Shown piece after piece: positions 61,388 through 64,000 of a stretch of DNA of 64,000 bases. The notes beneath the pieces were generated by a model. That model worked only from the letters and a program-made list of their open reading frames with translations, was not told where the DNA came from and made no database searches. The stretch is from Eledone cirrhosa. Taxonomy: Eukaryota. The DNA is taken from NCBI GenBank assembly GCA_964016885.1, contig OZ024740.1, positions 240,808,001 to 240,872,000 of the forward strand, in the 5' to 3' direction. Both the position numbers and the translations under genes were made by a program. How positions within the stretch are numbered: the first letter of the stretch is position 1; each line of letters starts with the position of its first letter.

Positions 61388-61743
61388 GAAAAATTGAACG
61401 GGAACAAAACAGAGAGGCAATACAACAAATGGTTATTAATTTCACGCTCTTGAGAGTGGGGTGGTGGTGGGGAACGACGTTTCGGGCATAAGCCCTTCTT
61501 CAGGTGAAAAGTGTGTGGGAAGAGAGTTCAAATGGTGTGTAGGGAGTGGTGGAGAGACATATAGCAAAAAGGGGGTGAGAGGAAACGGTGCAAATGAAAT
61601 TAAAAATAAAGGCATGATCAAAATAAAATTAAAATGGGGTAAAACAGGTGGTGGAAGTGTGTGGGGCGTGTAGGGGTGGTGGCGTGTAGGGAGACGGGGT
61701 GTCCGAGCGGGGAGGGCTGAAGGTGGTGTGTAAGTGTAGATGT

Positions 61744-61780
<37 letters not shown>

Positions 61781-64000
61781 AAAGCAAGGGTTGGGGGAAG
61801 AACGGGGTTGCATTTTTAGGAAGAGGTGTGTGTGGGGTGGGGTGTAGGTCGGAGTGTGTGTGCGTGTGTGGATAGAGGGGTGGGGGGAGAGAAATCCGGA
61901 GGCTGAATGTGTAAATATGTGGTGGTACGCACGTGTGTGTGTGGTGTTTAAGCGTGTTGTGGATGTAGGTGGCGTGTGGGAAAAAACATTTTATTTTGGG
62001 TGTGTGTGTGTGGGTGAGTCATAAAGGTGATTCCGTAAGAAGATGTGGTGGAATGCTTAGTAAAATCCTTGGATGTGGTGGATTCCGGGATCAAGGTTCA
62101 CATACGTGTAATCCGTGAAGAGATTGGTCGGAAGAGGGGAGATGTAGGGTGCGCGCGCAACAGGAAGTGGTCAAGGCAGGAGGAGTATTGTGTGTCTGTG
62201 TGTGCGGGGAGGTGGTCAGAGGGCATAGCAGCAGTAGGGTAGAGTGGTAAGTGAAGGTGTGTTGTGTGTCTGTGTGTGCGGGGAGGTGGTCAGAGGGCAT
62301 AGCAGCAGTAGGGTAGAATGGTAAAGGGGAGAGGATGGGTAGGTGTGAAAGTTGGAGTGAGGAAGGGGTGTGTGTGTATTAGTAGAGGTGTTAGTGGGAT
62401 GAGTGAGTGTTTGAGAAAGGGTGTGGGTGGAGCGGGGAGAGAAGGGTGTGGGGGTCGATGGAGGGAGTGTGGTGTACTGGTGTGTGTGTTTGGTGAAGGG
62501 GGTGTTAGTGGGTGTTAGTATACAGGAGGTGGAGAAAGGGTTGAATGCGGGTGTGAGTGGGGGTCAGTGGTGGTAGGGTGTGTAGAGTGGGTGGTGTAAG
62601 AGGGTGTGTGTGTACGTGTGCGTAGGGTTGGGGGTGTTAGTGATGTTAGTTGCGTGTAGGGTGAGTGGTGTAAGTGGGTGTGTGTGTTCGTGTGCTTGGG
62701 GTCAGGGGGTGTTAGTGATGTTAGTTGCGGGGTGTGGGGGTGAGGGTTAGTGGTGGTAGTAGGGTGTGTGTTTAGTGTGAGCGCGTGTATATATGTGCCG
62801 GTGGGTGTGTGCGTGTGATAAGGAGGGGGGAGGAGAAGAAGGGAGGGATGTTAGTATGTTAGTTGGGGAAGGGTGGTCGGATGTGGGGTGGAGTGGAGGT
62901 GTTAGTATTGTTAGTTGTGGGGTGGGCGGTGAAAAGGAGGGGTGTGTTAGTGGTGTTAGTGGGGGATATGTGTGGGGGGAGGGGGGCGGTCGAAGGCTAA
63001 AGGAATAAGGGTGGGGAGTTCAGGCCGGGGGGAGTGTGGGTCTGTAAGATGAAGATGGTTCGTTGTTCAACTCTTAGGAGATTGGCGGGTGTTCCGTGGC
63101 ATTGGAGTAGGCCACAGACTGTGAGATGGCGTGCGGAATGTCCAGGGGCACCAAAGTGGCGGGCGATCGGGGAACTACCACCGAGACGAATATCCCGTTT
63201 GTGCTCAGTAAATCTGTCTGCCAGGCGACGTCCAGTCTGTCCGACGTAAGTCGCGCTGCACTCCGTGCAGCGAAATCCGTAGACTAGGTTGGAGGAGGTG
63301 CAGCGGAAGGCATGCCGGACAGAGAGAGAGAGTGGCCGTTGGGACCCTGGAAGGTGGTGGTGTTGGTGATGTGGGGACAGGTGTTGCAGCGGGGCCTGGA
63401 ACAGGGAAAGGAACCGGGGGGGCGTGGGTTGGGGGTAGGGAGCTGTGGACGAGGAGGGTGCGGAGATTGCGTGCGCGTTTGAAGGAGGGGAGTGGTGGGG
63501 CTGGGAAGATGTGGGAGGTGGAGGGGTCGGACTGGAGGCCTCGGAAGAGGCGGAGGATGGTGCGGTGGAGGGGTATGGTGGAGGGGTGGTAGGTGATGGG
63601 GAAGGGGAGACGGTGGGTGGGTGTGCGGTGGCGTGGGGTGAGGGTGGTGGAGCGGTGGACAGCACGGGCGCGGGTGAGAGCAGTGTGAACGAGAGAGAGG
63701 GGGGGAAAACCTCTGCGGATGAAAGGGAAAGGGCCTGGGACTCAAAGTCGGCATCTCGGCTACAGAGGCGGCGGATCCTGAGGAGTTGGGAGTAGGGAAT
63801 AGAGTGTTTAGTGTACGTGGGGTGGGAAGAGGTGAAGTCGAGGTAAGAGTGGGAGTCGGTGGGTTTGAAGAAGGCGGAGGTGACGAGGGAGTGGTGGGAG
63901 GGGTCGAAGGCAACGGAGATGTCTAAGAAGTGGACGTGGGTGGTGAAGATAGAGGTGGTGAAGTGGAGGGAGGGGTGGAAGGAGCAGAAGAAGGAGAGAA
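61386..64000 (-). mobile_element. Penelope-like (Neptune-type) element running off the window end
   Basis: HFLDI, KPTDSHSYLDFTSSHP, SIPYSQLLRIRRLCS, linker CSRPRCNTCPH and GIY-YIG LVYGFRCTECSATYVGQTGR; frameshifted, with a C-rich 3' region. Confidence 0.9.
61473..61506 (-). ncRNA. Minimal hammerhead motif at the 3' end of the Penelope-like element
   Basis: cac-CTGAAGA-a-gggc(ttat)gccc-GAAA-cg-TC-gtt. Confidence 0.75.

Overview
This is an AT-rich, microsatellite-dense animal genomic window. The SINE types and (TA)n load suggest a cephalopod, but that is inference only. It holds one recognisable host gene: a TRP cation channel on the + strand, with a predicted 96-nt coding exon at 15643-15738 spliced in frame to one 3.2-kb exon at 19625-22825 (about 1098 aa). 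The protein joins roughly 16-18 ankyrin repeats to a TRPV-type pore and S6. The rest is nested mobile DNA. There are several CsRn1-lineage Gypsy elements (CHCC gag, tRNA-Trp PBS, TG...AA ends, 4-bp TSDs), including a non-coding non-autonomous one. There is an apparently intact L1/Tx1-type LINE plus a truncated twin, several RTE-clade LINEs and a bipartite RTE derivative, Penelope-like elements (Neptune and Naiad types), SINEs, MITEs and a Helitron remnant. About ten hammerhead-ribozyme motifs of several architectures are scattered among the Penelope-like fragments. All calls come from reading the sequence; no searches or folding programs were run.
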